A stretch of DNA of 64,000 nucleotides, taken from Gemmatales bacterium. Lineage in GTDB: Bacteria; Planctomycetota; Planctomycetia; Gemmatales; HRBIN36. Made by a program: the position numbers and the translations under genes. Within the stretch, counting starts at the first letter, position 1; each line of letters begins with the position of its first letter. The stretch is taken from positions 960,001 through 1,024,000 of the forward strand of contig JBEPZY010000001.1 in assembly GCA_041640595.1 (NCBI GenBank). The letters are read 5' to 3'. The notes under the pieces were generated by a model that worked only from the letters and a program-made list of their open reading frames with translations, did not search any database and was not told where the DNA came from. Below, piece by piece: positions 10,474 to 21,547 of the stretch.

Positions 10474-11595
10474 ATGCGTGAAAAATGGCTAGCGGAACGG
10501 ACAAAACAAATCCAGGCTTCGGGAATTCGTCGGGTTTTTGATCTGGCCCGCGAGCTGTCGCGACCGGTTAATTTGAGCATCGGCCAGCCGGATTTCGACG
10601 TGCCGATGCCGATCAAGCAGGCTGCTATTGAGGCCATCCTGGCCGGACACAACGGCTACACTGTTACGCAAGGCATCGCCGAGTTGCGCGAAAAAATTCG
10701 GCAGCGCATCCGCCAACAGCTACCCCACGCTGACCGCGAGGTGCTGATCACCAGTGGCACCAGCGGCGGATTAGTGCTGGCCATTCTGGCTACTGTCAAT
10801 CCTGGCGATGAGGTAATCGTATTCGACCCGTTCTTTGTCATGTATCCTCACCTGGTGCGGCTGGCAGGGGGAGTACCGGTCTTCGTGGACACCTATCCGG
10901 ATTTCCAGATTGACCCCGACCGTCTTCTGCAGGTGATTACCCCGCGAACCAAAATGATCCTCTTCAATAGTCCCGCCAATCCAACTGGCGTGGTAGTTTC
11001 CCGCGATCGTGTGCGTGCTGTTGCGGAAATTGCCGATCGCTTCGGACTGCTGCTGGTCAGCGACGAAGTTTATCGTGCCTTTTGTTACGAAGGAGAGTTT
11101 TCCAGCCCGGCTGAGTACAACCCGAATGTGCTGGTGCTGGACGGGTTCAGTAAAGCTTATGGCATGACCGGCTGGCGACTCGGCTATGCTCACGGCCCCA
11201 AGCGCCTGATCGAAGAGATGGCGAAACTTCAGCAATTCACTTTCGTTTGCGCTCCCAGCATCGTTCAGCATGCCGGAATAGCAGCCCTGGACTGGGATGT
11301 AGCGCCCACAGTGGCCGAGTATCGCCGTAAACGCGACCGTCTCTGCGAAGCACTTCGCGGGCATTATCGGCTGGTTGAGCCAGGCGGAGCATTTTACCTT
11401 TTTCCAGCCGTGCCCTGGGGTACGGACGAGGAGTTTGTAACCGCCTGCATTCGGGAACAACTGCTGGTCATCCCGGGCAGTGTCTTCAGTCAGCGACACA
11501 CTCATTTCCGCATCAGCTACGCCGCCGACGACGACACGATCGAACGTGGCATTGAAATCCTGTTGAAGCTGGCGCAACCGCCTGCATCCAGCTGA
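10474..11595 (+). CDS. PLP-dependent aminotransferase class I/II (AspC-like)
   Basis: NLSIGQPDF, NSPANPTG, SDEVY, GFSKAYGMTGWRLG. Confidence 0.9.
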   Translation: MREKWLAERTKQIQASGIRRVFDLARELSRPVNLSIGQPDFDVPMPIKQAAIEAILAGHNGYTVTQGIAELREKIRQRIRQQLPHADREVLITSGTSGGLVLAILATVNPGDEVIVFDPFFVMYPHLVRLAGGVPVFVDTYPDFQIDPDRLLQVITPRTKMILFNSPANPTGVVVSRDRVRAVAEIADRFGLLLVSDEVYRAFCYEGEFSSPAEYNPNVLVLDGFSKAYGMTGWRLGYAHGPKRLIEEMAKLQQFTFVCAPSIVQHAGIAALDWDVAPTVAEYRRKRDRLCEALRGHYRLVEPGGAFYLFPAVPWGTDEEFVTACIREQLLVIPGSVFSQRHTHFRISYAADDDTIERGIEILLKLAQPPASS

Positions 11596-11710
11596 CCGCC
11601 CCACCCTGCTCTAACCGCGCGGGGCACTTGCCACTGATGCAGCTTCACAGTGCAACACCATGCGGGGTTCTGTTACCCGTTCCCGTTACACTGAAGGCCA
11701 GAGCAGATTG

Positions 11711-12109
11711 TCAGCTGCGAAGTGCTTCTTCGAGGACACTCTCGTTGACGTAAATGGGAACCCGGCAAGTAACCGCCAGGGCGATGGCATCGCTGGGTCG
11801 GCTGTCCACTTCTCGCAATTCTCCGTCCTGACGAATACGCAAGCGTGCATAGTAGGTGTGGTCCTGCAGGTCGTTGATGATCACATCCTGCAGTTCGCCG
11901 CCCAGTTCGGTAATCACGCTGGCAATCAAATCGTGCGTGAGTGGACGAGGGGAACTAATCCCCTTGACCCGACGCTCGATACTGGTAGCCTCGAAGATAC
12001 CTATGACAATCGGGAAGCACCGTTCGCCCTCGACTTCCTTCAGGTAAATGACTTGCTGTTCCTGAATTTCGCTGATGACGATTCGCCGCAGTTCCATTTG
12101 CACGGGCAC
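11711..12109 (-). CDS. bifunctional nuclease family protein (DUF151/DNase-RNase)
   Basis: FPIVIGIFEA, PRPLTHDL, DSRPSDAIALA; start re-assigned to GTG 12109. Confidence 0.9.
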   Translation of the reverse strand: MPVQMELRRIVISEIQEQQVIYLKEVEGERCFPIVIGIFEATSIERRVKGISSPRPLTHDLIASVITELGGELQDVIINDLQDHTYYARLRIRQDGELREVDSRPSDAIALAVTCRVPIYVNESVLEEALRS

Positions 12110-12291
12110 GTGCCGACCCTCCGGTTCCGGCAGCTCCGCCTGCAAAAATCGCAGGCAGCGCCAGCGCTTCAGTGCCGAAATAAGACTAAGTCGCAGCCGC
12201 CCTTGTACTGCTGGGTCTGATATGCAAATATGCTGCGCCATTATACTGAAGCAAGGCCACCGCAGAACAGACGCAACCCTGCACACGACCG

Positions 12292-13359
12292 ATGACCAGA
12301 CGTATCTCGGATACCCACTGGAACAGGCTCTGGCAAATCATCCGGCCAGCTTACGCTCGACGCGGACTGGAACACGACTGCGTCCAGGAGATCGGCCTAA
12401 ACGATCTGGTAGCAGCATCGTATTACCTGGCCAGTACTGAGCCAATTTGGGTTAACATCGTTACCGGCTTTTTCCTGCCCCGCTTCGGTCGCTGGGAAAC
12501 CGATGGGCCGATGGGTGCGGTACTTTTAGCCGCTTGCCTGTCGGCTGGCGGACACCATGTCCAGTTGATTACCGAAAGCGGATTGGCCCTGGTGTTGCGA
12601 ACAGCCCTGGCTGCTCAGAAAGTTCCCGTTCGGGTGATGGCTTGGCCAGACGATACGACCCGCAGCTTTGCGGAACAGCCGGTCGGTACGCCTGCCGGGC
12701 AGCGAGTGCCTGTCGGGCAGCAAGCGACGACTCGGCCGAATATCGGTGAATCAATCGAATGCTCACCCCGGCCGACGTGCTGGATTGCAGTGGAAAGGCC
12801 TGGCCCGGCATATACACCCCGGCATTTCGGACAACGCTGGCCCGAGCAACTGCCGACCTTCCTTGCCCGGGTACCGCCGCACGACTGGGATCGTTATCAC
12901 GACATGAGCGGCAACGACATAACGGCGTGGCATTATCCAGCTCACCGATTTTTCGAGGGAGCAAAATCTGCCACCATCGGCATCGGGGATGGCGGCAATG
13001 AGATCGGCATGGGAAAATTGATCTGGGCTTTTCTGGCAGAGCATGTTCGCTACGGAGAACGCATAGCTTGCCGTGTTGCGACGGACTGGCTGATTCCGGC
13101 TAGCGTCAGCAACTGGGGTGCGTATGCCCTTGCGGCTGCGGTGTGCGGTTTGCGAGGGCTGCGGGATCACTTCCTGGCCTGGGCAGAACCACATCAGCAA
13201 AAGCAGTTATGGCGAGAAGTCATGGAACTGATGCCGTTATGCGACGGTGTAACAGGGAGGCCTGCGAACCAGGACGGTGATTTATGGATAGACGGCCTGC
13301 CCTGGAGCGAACATGCCGCCGTGCTCGACGATTTGCGTGCCTGGATACGCTCCACCTGA
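12292..13359 (+). CDS. DUF4392 / D-glutamate cyclase C-terminal-like protein
   Basis: IVTGF, ETDGPMGA, IAVERPG, IGIGDGGNEIGMG, VSNWGAYAL motifs. Confidence 0.85.
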   Translation: MTRRISDTHWNRLWQIIRPAYARRGLEHDCVQEIGLNDLVAASYYLASTEPIWVNIVTGFFLPRFGRWETDGPMGAVLLAACLSAGGHHVQLITESGLALVLRTALAAQKVPVRVMAWPDDTTRSFAEQPVGTPAGQRVPVGQQATTRPNIGESIECSPRPTCWIAVERPGPAYTPRHFGQRWPEQLPTFLARVPPHDWDRYHDMSGNDITAWHYPAHRFFEGAKSATIGIGDGGNEIGMGKLIWAFLAEHVRYGERIACRVATDWLIPASVSNWGAYALAAAVCGLRGLRDHFLAWAEPHQQKQLWREVMELMPLCDGVTGRPANQDGDLWIDGLPWSEHAAVLDDLRAWIRST

Positions 13360-13509
13360 AACAGTTGGCTGCGGTAGTAGCTAACACGCGGAGATTCTTA
13401 AAGCCCACCAACTCCGGCTGGGAAAAAAGCCGATGTGCAATCGCCGCTGCGTCGAACTGGACGTAAAAATACATCGTTTGCAATGTTCAGAAGAAAAACA
13501 GAGAAATCA

Positions 13510-13538
13510 TTGACTCACTCGTTTAGATAGAGTAACAT
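13510..13538 (+). promoter_or_regulatory. sigma70-type promoter
   Basis: TTGACT-N17-TAACAT in an AT-rich intergenic stretch. Confidence 0.55.
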
Positions 13539-13604
13539 GGGCTTATGAAAATAGGGAATGCACGATACCAGGATGCCATTAGACAAACTAGAGAGGGCGA
13601 GCTC

Positions 13605-14252
13605 ATGGCATGGCGATTCTGGTTTCGCGATGGAGTAGGCGGTTGTCCCGGTTGCATGGGCTGGGCATGCCGGTTAGCCATTGCTAGCTGGTTGTGTTTC
13701 GCCGCGACAATTCTGGTTACATCCAACGTTTCTATGGTTTGCGTTAGCGGGGCGTTCGTATTCGTTGCGACTGCCCTATGGCTCTGCCACCTGGGCGCAT
13801 TTGTGGGGAAGCAGATGGCACAAGTTGCAGAGCTGGCGACTGCCGAACCGAATTGCTCTCGCCGGTCCTGGCTAGGGGCGGCATGGCGGATCGCGATGCT
13901 GGGCGTCGCAACAAGCCTTTTCAAAGGGCGGATAGCCTGGGCAGGAATCAACTCGTGTGGCGATCTCGGAATCGTGCTGGTCGTCTCGCCGGTGGAATCC
14001 TGTGCCCCGGACCTCGCCGAGGCTTTTCGGGAATCCTACCTGGCTTTGCGGAATCAAGCGGATAGCGTTGCTGACTCTCTTTGCCGGAACCGCCAGGCTG
14101 GCTGTCCGCGGGGACACTGTCGGCGTGCAGGAGCCCGAAACGTTGAAAACATCGTACCCTTTATTCGCCGAGCTGTGGGACTCCGCGGTCGACTGTTGTG
14201 GTGTTGCCGATGCCAGGGCATGGTGCGCGTCATTTGCCGCTGCAGTTCATAA
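13605..14252 (+). CDS. Cys-rich membrane protein, DUF3624-like N-terminus, internal twin-arginine motif
   Basis: ATG 13605 after GAGAGGG (alternative ATG 13545); GGCPGCM, two hydrophobic helices ending LWLCHL, SRRSWL + h-region + AWA, 17 Cys in total. Confidence 0.6.
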   Translation: MAWRFWFRDGVGGCPGCMGWACRLAIASWLCFAATILVTSNVSMVCVSGAFVFVATALWLCHLGAFVGKQMAQVAELATAEPNCSRRSWLGAAWRIAMLGVATSLFKGRIAWAGINSCGDLGIVLVVSPVESCAPDLAEAFRESYLALRNQADSVADSLCRNRQAGCPRGHCRRAGARNVENIVPFIRRAVGLRGRLLWCCRCQGMVRVICRCSS

Positions 14253-14473
14253 CTTACCGAGCCATTCCCAGCCGACACGAACGCCGGAGAGTCCTACTGG
14301 GACTTCCCCTATCTGCTCCGTTTGAAGAGCTCTTCCCCGTTCAGGAAGAAATTCTTACGAGACTGCGGCCAGCGGAGTCTTAACCGTATAGCAGTGCCTC
14401 ACGGCTGCCACCGTGAACAGGTTTACAAACAAGTGGCATTCGGAAGCTGAGAAATTGACCGGGGTTCAGGGAA

Positions 14474-15946
14474 TTACGTAGCCGCGAGTTCTTCCTGAAT
14501 CAGGCGGCGGACTTCGTCGGGCGGAGCTTTGCCGCGCGTCTCACGCATAACCATACCTACCAGGGCGTCCATCGCTTTCGTTTTCCCGGCACGGACATCG
14601 GCAACGGCTTTGGGTTGGCTGGCGATGGATTTTTTCACCAGTTCCCGCAATTGCTCCGTGGAAAACGCAACGTCCAAGCCCAGCCGCTTGATGATCGCCT
14701 CAGCCGAGCCACCGGTTTCGAGCATTTCGTTGAATACCTCACGGGCTCGCTGAGGATTGACGCGATATTCTCGCTGCTTGCGGATAAGTTCCGCCAAACG
14801 CTCCGGAGCCAACGGAAAATCCTGAATGCTGATTTTGCGGGCGCCCAACACCTGAAGCACCTGGTTGGTGCACCAGTTAGCGGCGGCTTTAGCATCGCCG
14901 GTGAGTTGAGCCACTTTTTCGAAGTAATCGGCAAAGGCCAGCCCTTGACTCACGATGACGCTGGCATCGTAGGCGGAAAGCTGATACTGCGTCTGGAATC
15001 GTTCTCGACGGGCGGCAGGCAATTCCGGCAATTCTGCTCGCAAACGTGCCAGCCACGGTTGGTCCACCACTACGGGCACCAGGTCTGGTTCCGGGAAATA
15101 GCGGTAATCGGAAGCTTCTTCTTTGCGGCGCTGGACCACGGTGATACCACGATCCTCATCCCAACCGGCAGTAGCTTTGGGCACTTCGCCGAGTTTTTTA
15201 CCAGTGCGCAGGAACTCCTCGTATTGCCGCTGGCCTTCGTAAGCCATCGCCCGTTCCACGGAACGAAAACTATTGAGATTTTTCACCTCCACGATGGGCG
15301 TGGCCACGTAACCATCGCCCTGGGGCACGTGGATATTAACATTGGCATCCACGCGCAGGCTGCCCTCCTGCATTTCGCAATCCGAAACTTTTAGCTCCCG
15401 CAAAAGCAAACGCAGTTCCTCCAGAAACAGCCGCGCTTCTTCCGGCGAATTCATGTCCGGGTGGGTGACGATTTCCAGTAGCGGTGTACCAGCCCGGTTC
15501 AAATCCACGAGACTGTCCCGCCCCATGCCGGTCTCGTCGTGCAACATTTTCCCCGCATCTTCTTCCAGGTGCACACGAATGAGCCGTACCTTCTTGCGGC
15601 CATTCGACGTTTGAATTTCCAGCCAACCGTTGCGGCTGAAGGGTAAGTCATACTGGCTGATCTGGTAGTTTTTCGGCAGGTCGGGATAGTAGTAGTTTTT
15701 GCGATCCCACTTGGTGAACGGGGCGATGTCTGCGTTGAGAGCCAGGGCAGCTTTCAACGCTAATTCCAGCGCTTGCCGATTCATGACCGGCAAGACGCCA
15801 GGCATACCGATACACACCGGGCAGGTTGCTGAGTTAGGCGGTAAACCGAATTCCGTACTGCATCCGCAGAATAACTTTGTCTTTGTCAAAAGTTGGACGT
15901 GCACCTCCAGGCCGATCACCAGGCGGTAAGGCAATTCGCCATGCAT
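14474..15946 (-). CDS. gatB: Asp-tRNA(Asn)/Glu-tRNA(Gln) amidotransferase subunit B
   Basis: VIGLEVHVQL, RKNYYYPDLPKNYQISQ, HLEEDAGK, DYRYFPEPDL. Confidence 0.97.
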   Translation of the reverse strand: MHGELPYRLVIGLEVHVQLLTKTKLFCGCSTEFGLPPNSATCPVCIGMPGVLPVMNRQALELALKAALALNADIAPFTKWDRKNYYYPDLPKNYQISQYDLPFSRNGWLEIQTSNGRKKVRLIRVHLEEDAGKMLHDETGMGRDSLVDLNRAGTPLLEIVTHPDMNSPEEARLFLEELRLLLRELKVSDCEMQEGSLRVDANVNIHVPQGDGYVATPIVEVKNLNSFRSVERAMAYEGQRQYEEFLRTGKKLGEVPKATAGWDEDRGITVVQRRKEEASDYRYFPEPDLVPVVVDQPWLARLRAELPELPAARRERFQTQYQLSAYDASVIVSQGLAFADYFEKVAQLTGDAKAAANWCTNQVLQVLGARKISIQDFPLAPERLAELIRKQREYRVNPQRAREVFNEMLETGGSAEAIIKRLGLDVAFSTEQLRELVKKSIASQPKAVADVRAGKTKAMDALVGMVMRETRGKAPPDEVRRLIQEELAAT

Positions 15947-16031
15947 GCTTCGGACTCCGTATCCACAAACCGAAGAATGTCCTCCTGAAGCCAGGACGGG
16001 AAAATTATAGGACTCAGCCCAACATTGTGCC

Positions 16032-16667
16032 TTACACCAGGCGTTTGGCCTTGCCGCGGACTGCTCGCTTGAAATCCCCGCTGGCCAGCACCGCGAAGTT
16101 CACCTCCAACCCCGGAAACAACCCCGGTGAAAACCAATCCCCCGATTCCACCTCCTGCTGCACTACGAATTCCCCTTGCCGATTCTCGTTCTCCTCCACA
16201 AACACCTCCCCTTCGTCCACGCGGACCAGCCAGTACCAGGGCACACCGTAGCGGGCGTAATCACGGTATTTGCGCCGCATAAGTCGTGGCCGGTCACCCG
16301 GCGATTCGATTTCCACACACAAATCCGCTGGCCCCCACAACCGCCCATCACGTAGTCGTTCTCCGTGTTCTTTTGCCAAAAAAACGATGTCCGGAACATA
16401 CGTCAACGGCTTACGCTGGTCGAGAATCATGTCAATCTCCGGCCAGACCCAGCCAAGGCCATGCGTTCTCACCCAGCGGTCGAGAAGATACCCCAGGTAC
16501 AGGATCAGCAGCTGATGCCAGCTTCGCGGTCGCGGACTCACGATGGGCTCTCCGTCGAGCAACTCGATTTTGCGTTCGTCGCTGGTATCGGCCAGATATT
16601 GCCTCAACGTCATCCGTCGCGGCCACCGTCGGCGACGGTTTTTCACTACCGGCAACCCGATGGGCAT
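16032..16667 (-). CDS. Uma2 family endonuclease (DUF820)
   Basis: ELLDGE...P.P...HQ, VPDIVF, ADLCVEIESP, KYRDYARYGVPWYWLV; start at MPIGL (alternative MTLRQ). Confidence 0.85.
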   Translation of the reverse strand: MPIGLPVVKNRRRRWPRRMTLRQYLADTSDERKIELLDGEPIVSPRPRSWHQLLILYLGYLLDRWVRTHGLGWVWPEIDMILDQRKPLTYVPDIVFLAKEHGERLRDGRLWGPADLCVEIESPGDRPRLMRRKYRDYARYGVPWYWLVRVDEGEVFVEENENRQGEFVVQQEVESGDWFSPGLFPGLEVNFAVLASGDFKRAVRGKAKRLV

Positions 16668-16743
16668 CGCTTGGCCCCCGCTTTGCGGAGAGGGATTTCG
16701 TATCCTCTCGGTTGACGTTGCATTACTGGGAGTAAAAAGCGGC

Positions 16744-17736
16744 TTATCGGCGACGGTGTGCAGCCACTTCCGGATTGACCCAGGCCCGCAACGGTTCGCC
16801 ACGCAGTCCTGCCAGTAAATTATCGGCAGCAATCTCGGCCATAGCATTGCGAGTGGCGAAGGTAGCACTGGCAATGTGCGGAGCGATGATGCAATTGGGC
16901 AGACGCAGCAGCGGATTGTCGGGAAGCGGCGGTTCGGGATCGGTCACATCCAGCCCCGCCGCGAAGATGTAACCTTTTTGCAATGCTTCCGCCAGTGCTC
17001 GTTCATCTACAATTGGACCCCGGGCGGTGTTGACGAAGACCGCGGTCGGCTTCATTTTCTTGAACCGCTCCAGGTTGAACATTCCACGAGTGGTTTCGTT
17101 CAAATCGGTATGAACCGAAACAAAATCCGACTCTGCCAGCAGCGTATCCAAATCCACGCGCCGGGCATCGAGGTCGCGTTCAGCCTGTTCGTTGGGGCGA
17201 ACGTCGTGGTACAAAATCCGCATGTCCCAGCCGAACCGGCAGCGCTTGGCCAGAGCGTAGCCGATCCGTCCCATACCAACCACTCCGAGTGTCTTGCCCA
17301 CTAAATCCTGACCAAGGTGGCCAAGCGGTTCCCAGGTTTTCCATTTCCCGGACAGGGTGTAGAGATGACCTTCGACCAGTCGCCGAGCAGCGGCGATTAA
17401 CAGGCAGAAAGCCATATCGGCAGTGGCATCGGTGAGCACACCAGGCGTATTGCCTACGCAGATGCCGCGTTGTGTGGCGGCCTGGACGTCAATGTTGTTG
17501 AAACCGACCGCGTAATTGCTGATCACCTTGAGCCTGGGAGCGGCGTCCATCAAATTCGCATCAATACGGTCGGTCAATAGCGAGAGTAAGCCATCACAGT
17601 CGCGCACTTTTTCCACGAGGATTTCATACGGTGGCGGAAGTTCGCCGGGCCAGATTTCCGCATCGCAGGCCGCCTGAATCTTTTGCAGCCCGATTTCCGG
17701 AATCCGGCGGGTAACGAAAACACGCGGTTTGGCCAT
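16744..17736 (-). CDS. D-glycerate dehydrogenase / glyoxylate reductase (2-hydroxyacid dehydrogenase)
   Basis: AAGGAGG RBS; YAVGFNNID, GMGRIG, VNTARG, AGLDV, PHIASA. Confidence 0.92.
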   Translation of the reverse strand: MAKPRVFVTRRIPEIGLQKIQAACDAEIWPGELPPPYEILVEKVRDCDGLLSLLTDRIDANLMDAAPRLKVISNYAVGFNNIDVQAATQRGICVGNTPGVLTDATADMAFCLLIAAARRLVEGHLYTLSGKWKTWEPLGHLGQDLVGKTLGVVGMGRIGYALAKRCRFGWDMRILYHDVRPNEQAERDLDARRVDLDTLLAESDFVSVHTDLNETTRGMFNLERFKKMKPTAVFVNTARGPIVDERALAEALQKGYIFAAGLDVTDPEPPLPDNPLLRLPNCIIAPHIASATFATRNAMAEIAADNLLAGLRGEPLRAWVNPEVAAHRRR

Positions 17737-17809
17737 GCACAGTCCTCCTTTGCGTTTTTGGCAAGCCGTCATGTTCTCGGCTGCAGTAGTATTCGGATAT
17801 ATGAGCAGG

Positions 17810-19702
17810 TCAAACGCGACCGAATTGGCGTTCCAGTTCCTGCTTACTCAGGAACAGGGCCGTCGGCCGGCCGTGGGGACAGTGATGCGTTTCTGGCAAG
17901 CGAGCGTGGTACTCCAGCAGCATTGCGATTTCCTCGGCACCAAGCGGATCGCCAGCCTTGATGGCAGCACGGCAGGCCATACGTTTGAGCAGGTCGTCCA
18001 GCAAAATCGGCAATTCCGGAAGGCGGTAATGTTCGGCGAAATATTCGGCGGCGAGCTGCACCAGTTCTGTCGCGGAACGCTTCCAGCAGGCTGGCAAGGC
18101 GTGCACCAGCACTGTGCTGCCCCCGAATTCACTCACTTCCAGACCAAGTGCTTCCAGTGCCGAACGTTGTTCCAGCACCACAGCTGCCTGGGCTGGGGTC
18201 AAGTCCACCGGTTCCGGTATCAGCAACGCTTGCTTCGGTAGCGCACCGGCCTGCACCTGGCTTTTGAACTGCTCATAGAGAATCCGCTCGTGCAGTGCGT
18301 GCTGGTCAATCAGCAGCAAACCCTCGGAAGTCTCCGCGAGCAGATAGGTGTTGTGCAATTGCATCGCACGAAGAGCGGGCGGACTGGGAAACAACGTTGT
18401 CGTCGCAGCTGACTCCGATGTTGCCGAAAGCGGCTTTTCTTGCGACGACGATTCTGTCGTGCGGTTCTGCGACTCCTGCTGCGAAATAATGCTGGTTTCC
18501 GTCGCGGTGCGCGTAACAGTGGGTTCTTCCACTTTGCCAGGCGTGGGCTGTTGCGGAGCTTGCTGCCGCTGGTCGGTCGGTTGCCGGTACTGGTCGTATG
18601 GCGCACGCATGCGGCCAGCTGGCTCGAAACGTACCCGAAAAGCCCGGTCAGCGGGATCGGACGCGGTCGCCGCTACTATCGAACTAACCGCCAGTGGCGA
18701 CACACCCGGCGAACCTTGCAAAGCCCGTCGCACTCCCAGTAACACGGCCTGGTGGATTATTTGCGGCTGGCGGAAACGCACCTCGGTTTTCGTTGGATGC
18801 ACGTTGACGTCCACTAATTCGGGCGGCAGCTCGAGATACAGGAAAGCCACCGGTTGCCGGCCCACCATCAGATAGCCGCGATACGCTTCCTGGAGCGCGT
18901 GGGTCAGTGTGCGGTCACGGATGGCGCGCTGATTCACGAAGAAATACTGCCAGCGTCCGTTCGGGCGGGCACAATCGGGATGTCCTACCCAGCCGCTCAC
19001 CCGCACCATTTCCACTGCATACTCAACAGGCATTAGACGGTCGGCCAGTTCCTCGCCAAAAAAGTTTGCGATTCGCTCCAGCTTACCCCAGGAAGCTGGC
19101 ACTTCGAGGACTTCACGGCTATGGTGCAGCAGGCGAAAATGCACTCCGGGAAACGCCAGGGCCAGCCGTTGCACGGTTTCGAGAACCTGACCGAGTTCGG
19201 TCGGAACGCTCCGCAAAAATTTTCGCCGCGCCGGGGTGTTGAAAAAAAGTTGCCGCACTTCTACGCACGTTCCCACCGGTCCCGCCCAGGGTTGCACACT
19301 GCTGACCTGGCCACCCACACATTCAATCTGCCCGCCCAGTTCTGCCTCGGCGGTACGGGACTGGACGCACACCCGCGCCACGCTCCCGATAGCCGAAAGC
19401 GCTTCTCCGCGGAAACCCAGCGTGCGTATGCGCTCCAGATCCTGTGCCTGCTGCAATTTGCTGGTAGCATGGCGGGCAAACACCAGCGGCAGGTCTTCCG
19501 TAACTATGCCGCAACCATCATCCACCACCCGTATCCGTTCGCGTCCGCCCTGATCAAGCTCTACCACGACTCGTGTTGCTCCGGCGTCCAGAGCGTTTTC
19601 GAGCAACTCCTTGACGACACTGGCCGGACGCTCGACCACTTCTCCGGCAGCGATTTGCCCGGCCAGTTGTGGCGGCAGAATCTGGATGCGGGGCGGACTC
19701 AT
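17810..19702 (-). CDS. mutL: DNA mismatch repair endonuclease MutL
   Basis: [56 protein letters not shown]. Confidence 0.97.
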   Translation of the reverse strand: MSPPRIQILPPQLAGQIAAGEVVERPASVVKELLENALDAGATRVVVELDQGGRERIRVVDDGCGIVTEDLPLVFARHATSKLQQAQDLERIRTLGFRGEALSAIGSVARVCVQSRTAEAELGGQIECVGGQVSSVQPWAGPVGTCVEVRQLFFNTPARRKFLRSVPTELGQVLETVQRLALAFPGVHFRLLHHSREVLEVPASWGKLERIANFFGEELADRLMPVEYAVEMVRVSGWVGHPDCARPNGRWQYFFVNQRAIRDRTLTHALQEAYRGYLMVGRQPVAFLYLELPPELVDVNVHPTKTEVRFRQPQIIHQAVLLGVRRALQGSPGVSPLAVSSIVAATASDPADRAFRVRFEPAGRMRAPYDQYRQPTDQRQQAPQQPTPGKVEEPTVTRTATETSIISQQESQNRTTESSSQEKPLSATSESAATTTLFPSPPALRAMQLHNTYLLAETSEGLLLIDQHALHERILYEQFKSQVQAGALPKQALLIPEPVDLTPAQAAVVLEQRSALEALGLEVSEFGGSTVLVHALPACWKRSATELVQLAAEYFAEHYRLPELPILLDDLLKRMACRAAIKAGDPLGAEEIAMLLEYHARLPETHHCPHGRPTALFLSKQELERQFGRV

Positions 19703-21117
19703 GGTGTGGCATTCGGTGTCGGCGTGGCTTCCGACTTATTTCGGCGACGCACTTGCAGCCCCCATTCCTTGATTTTGCGATACAGTGTTCGTTCGCCGAT
19801 CCCCAGCATCCGTGCTGCCTCCTCACGGTTCCCACCGGTCAACTCCAGAGCCTGCTGAATGTAAAACCGCTCGACCACCGCCAGCGGTTTGCCAATCAAG
19901 CTACTTTCAGCCGTCGCCGGCAACACTGCTCCCTGGGCTCGCTGTAACAATTCCCCTTCCGGCAGATCGTCTATACCGAGGATGCCATCGCGGTCATGCA
20001 CCACCATACTGTCAATGACATTTCGCAATTCTCGCACATTGCCTGGCCAATCGTAGGCGGTCAACACCCGCCGCACCTCAGCTGCGATTCCGGTGACCGT
20101 CTTGCCATGCCGCTGGGCCATCTCCTTGAGAAAATGGTGGGCCAGCAGTGTAATATCCTCCCGGCGTTCACGCAAAGGCGGCAACTTGATGGTTACCACT
20201 TTCAGCCGATAGTACAAATCCTGCCGAAACCCTCCCTTAGCCACCAGCGCTTCCAGATCGCGGTGCGTTGCAGATAAAATCCGCACGTTGACCTTGATTG
20301 CCTCGTTGCCGCCGATGCGATAGACTTGCCCGTCTTCGATCACGCGCAGTAATTTCGCCTGCAGTGTCAGCGGCATGTCACCCACTTCGTCCAGAAACAG
20401 CGTGCCACCATTGGCATACTCGAACTTGCCTTTCCGCAGGCGATCCGCGCCGGTGAATGCTCCCGGTTCATGGCCGAACAGTTCGTCTTCGAGCAGGTTT
20501 TCATTCAGAGCGGTGCAGTTGAGCGGCACAAAGGGTTTGTTTTTGCGCGGACTGTTATTGTGAATCGCTTTGGCTACCAGCTCTTTGCCCGTGCCGGTTT
20601 CGCCGGTAATCAGGACTGTCGCGTTGGTCGGAGCGACCTGTTTGAGTTTTTCGATTACCGCATGCATGGCCGGGCTGTTGCCGATCACTCCTTCAAAGCC
20701 GAATTTCTCGTCCAGACGGCGTTGCAACTCCAGATTAGCTCGAGCCAGTCGCTGCCGTTGTGCTACCCGATCCACAACCGCCCGCAACTCGTTAATGTCC
20801 ACCGGCTTGGTCAGGTAGGTCGCCGCTCCCTGCTGCATCGCCGCTACGGCAGTTTTGATGTCGCCATGTCCGGTGATCAACACCACCTCGGCGTCCGGCA
20901 ACTCCATCTTTGCTTTCCGCAGCACCATCAACCCATCAACCGGCTCCATTTTCAGGTCGGTGATGATGACGTCGTAGTTCTCCTTCTCGATTTTGCTGAT
21001 GCCTTCCGAACCGCTGCTCGCCACGTCGCACTCATACCCGATCCGCTCCAGGCTTTCCGCCACTGCCTGGGCATGTGCTTCCTGATCGTCCACGACGAGC
21101 ACTCGTATCGCTTCCAT
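19699..21117 (-). CDS. sigma-54-dependent response regulator (NtrC/ZraR family)
   Basis: REC domain, [22 protein letters not shown], Fis-type HTH; stop overlaps mutL start (ATGA). Confidence 0.93.
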   Translation of the reverse strand: MEAIRVLVVDDQEAHAQAVAESLERIGYECDVASSGSEGISKIEKENYDVIITDLKMEPVDGLMVLRKAKMELPDAEVVLITGHGDIKTAVAAMQQGAATYLTKPVDINELRAVVDRVAQRQRLARANLELQRRLDEKFGFEGVIGNSPAMHAVIEKLKQVAPTNATVLITGETGTGKELVAKAIHNNSPRKNKPFVPLNCTALNENLLEDELFGHEPGAFTGADRLRKGKFEYANGGTLFLDEVGDMPLTLQAKLLRVIEDGQVYRIGGNEAIKVNVRILSATHRDLEALVAKGGFRQDLYYRLKVVTIKLPPLRERREDITLLAHHFLKEMAQRHGKTVTGIAAEVRRVLTAYDWPGNVRELRNVIDSMVVHDRDGILGIDDLPEGELLQRAQGAVLPATAESSLIGKPLAVVERFYIQQALELTGGNREEAARMLGIGERTLYRKIKEWGLQVRRRNKSEATPTPNATP

Positions 21118-21334
21118 AGCCTCACTCAGATTTCCTCGGGACAATTTCCTGATGCACCTGCCTTCACCGACCACTACCGAGATTCGAGCGACGGACAAAT
21201 ATGCCGCTCATTCATTCTATAGGGTCGGAACCATCCTCACGGTGATCGCAGCAACTCGGAAATCTGGCATCGCATCAACCATCACGCCTGGCCACCCCGC
21301 TTATCTGCAATGCAGAACAACTTTGCAGTTTGGT

Positions 21335-21433
21335 GTCGTACAATCCTGCTTGCATCGAGCACGCCCTCTTCCAAAGAAGCGCTGGCCAGACGCCGGCCCA
21401 GGTCGTACAGTCCAGCTTGCATCGAGCACACCC
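21335..21433. repeat. pair of 32-bp direct repeats separated by 35 bp
   Basis: GTCGTACAATCCTGCTTGCATCGAGCACGCCC (21335-21366) vs GTCGTACAGTCCAGCTTGCATCGAGCACACCC (21402-21433), 3 mismatches. Confidence 0.75.
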
Positions 21434-21547
21434 CAGCTGCAGATGGATGCCATGCAAAGAGTAGCCGAAAACATTACCACCGGGCTGGCGATACCGCATG
21501 CGCAAGTGAAGGGATGAATGCTGAGCAAGCTCTCACTCGCAATGCAT

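Noticed and set aside
16032..16667. Uma2 nuclease as the effector for the repeat array
   Set aside because: It lies ~5 kb away inside a housekeeping run, Uma2 genes are abundant in planctomycetes, and no repeat units flank it
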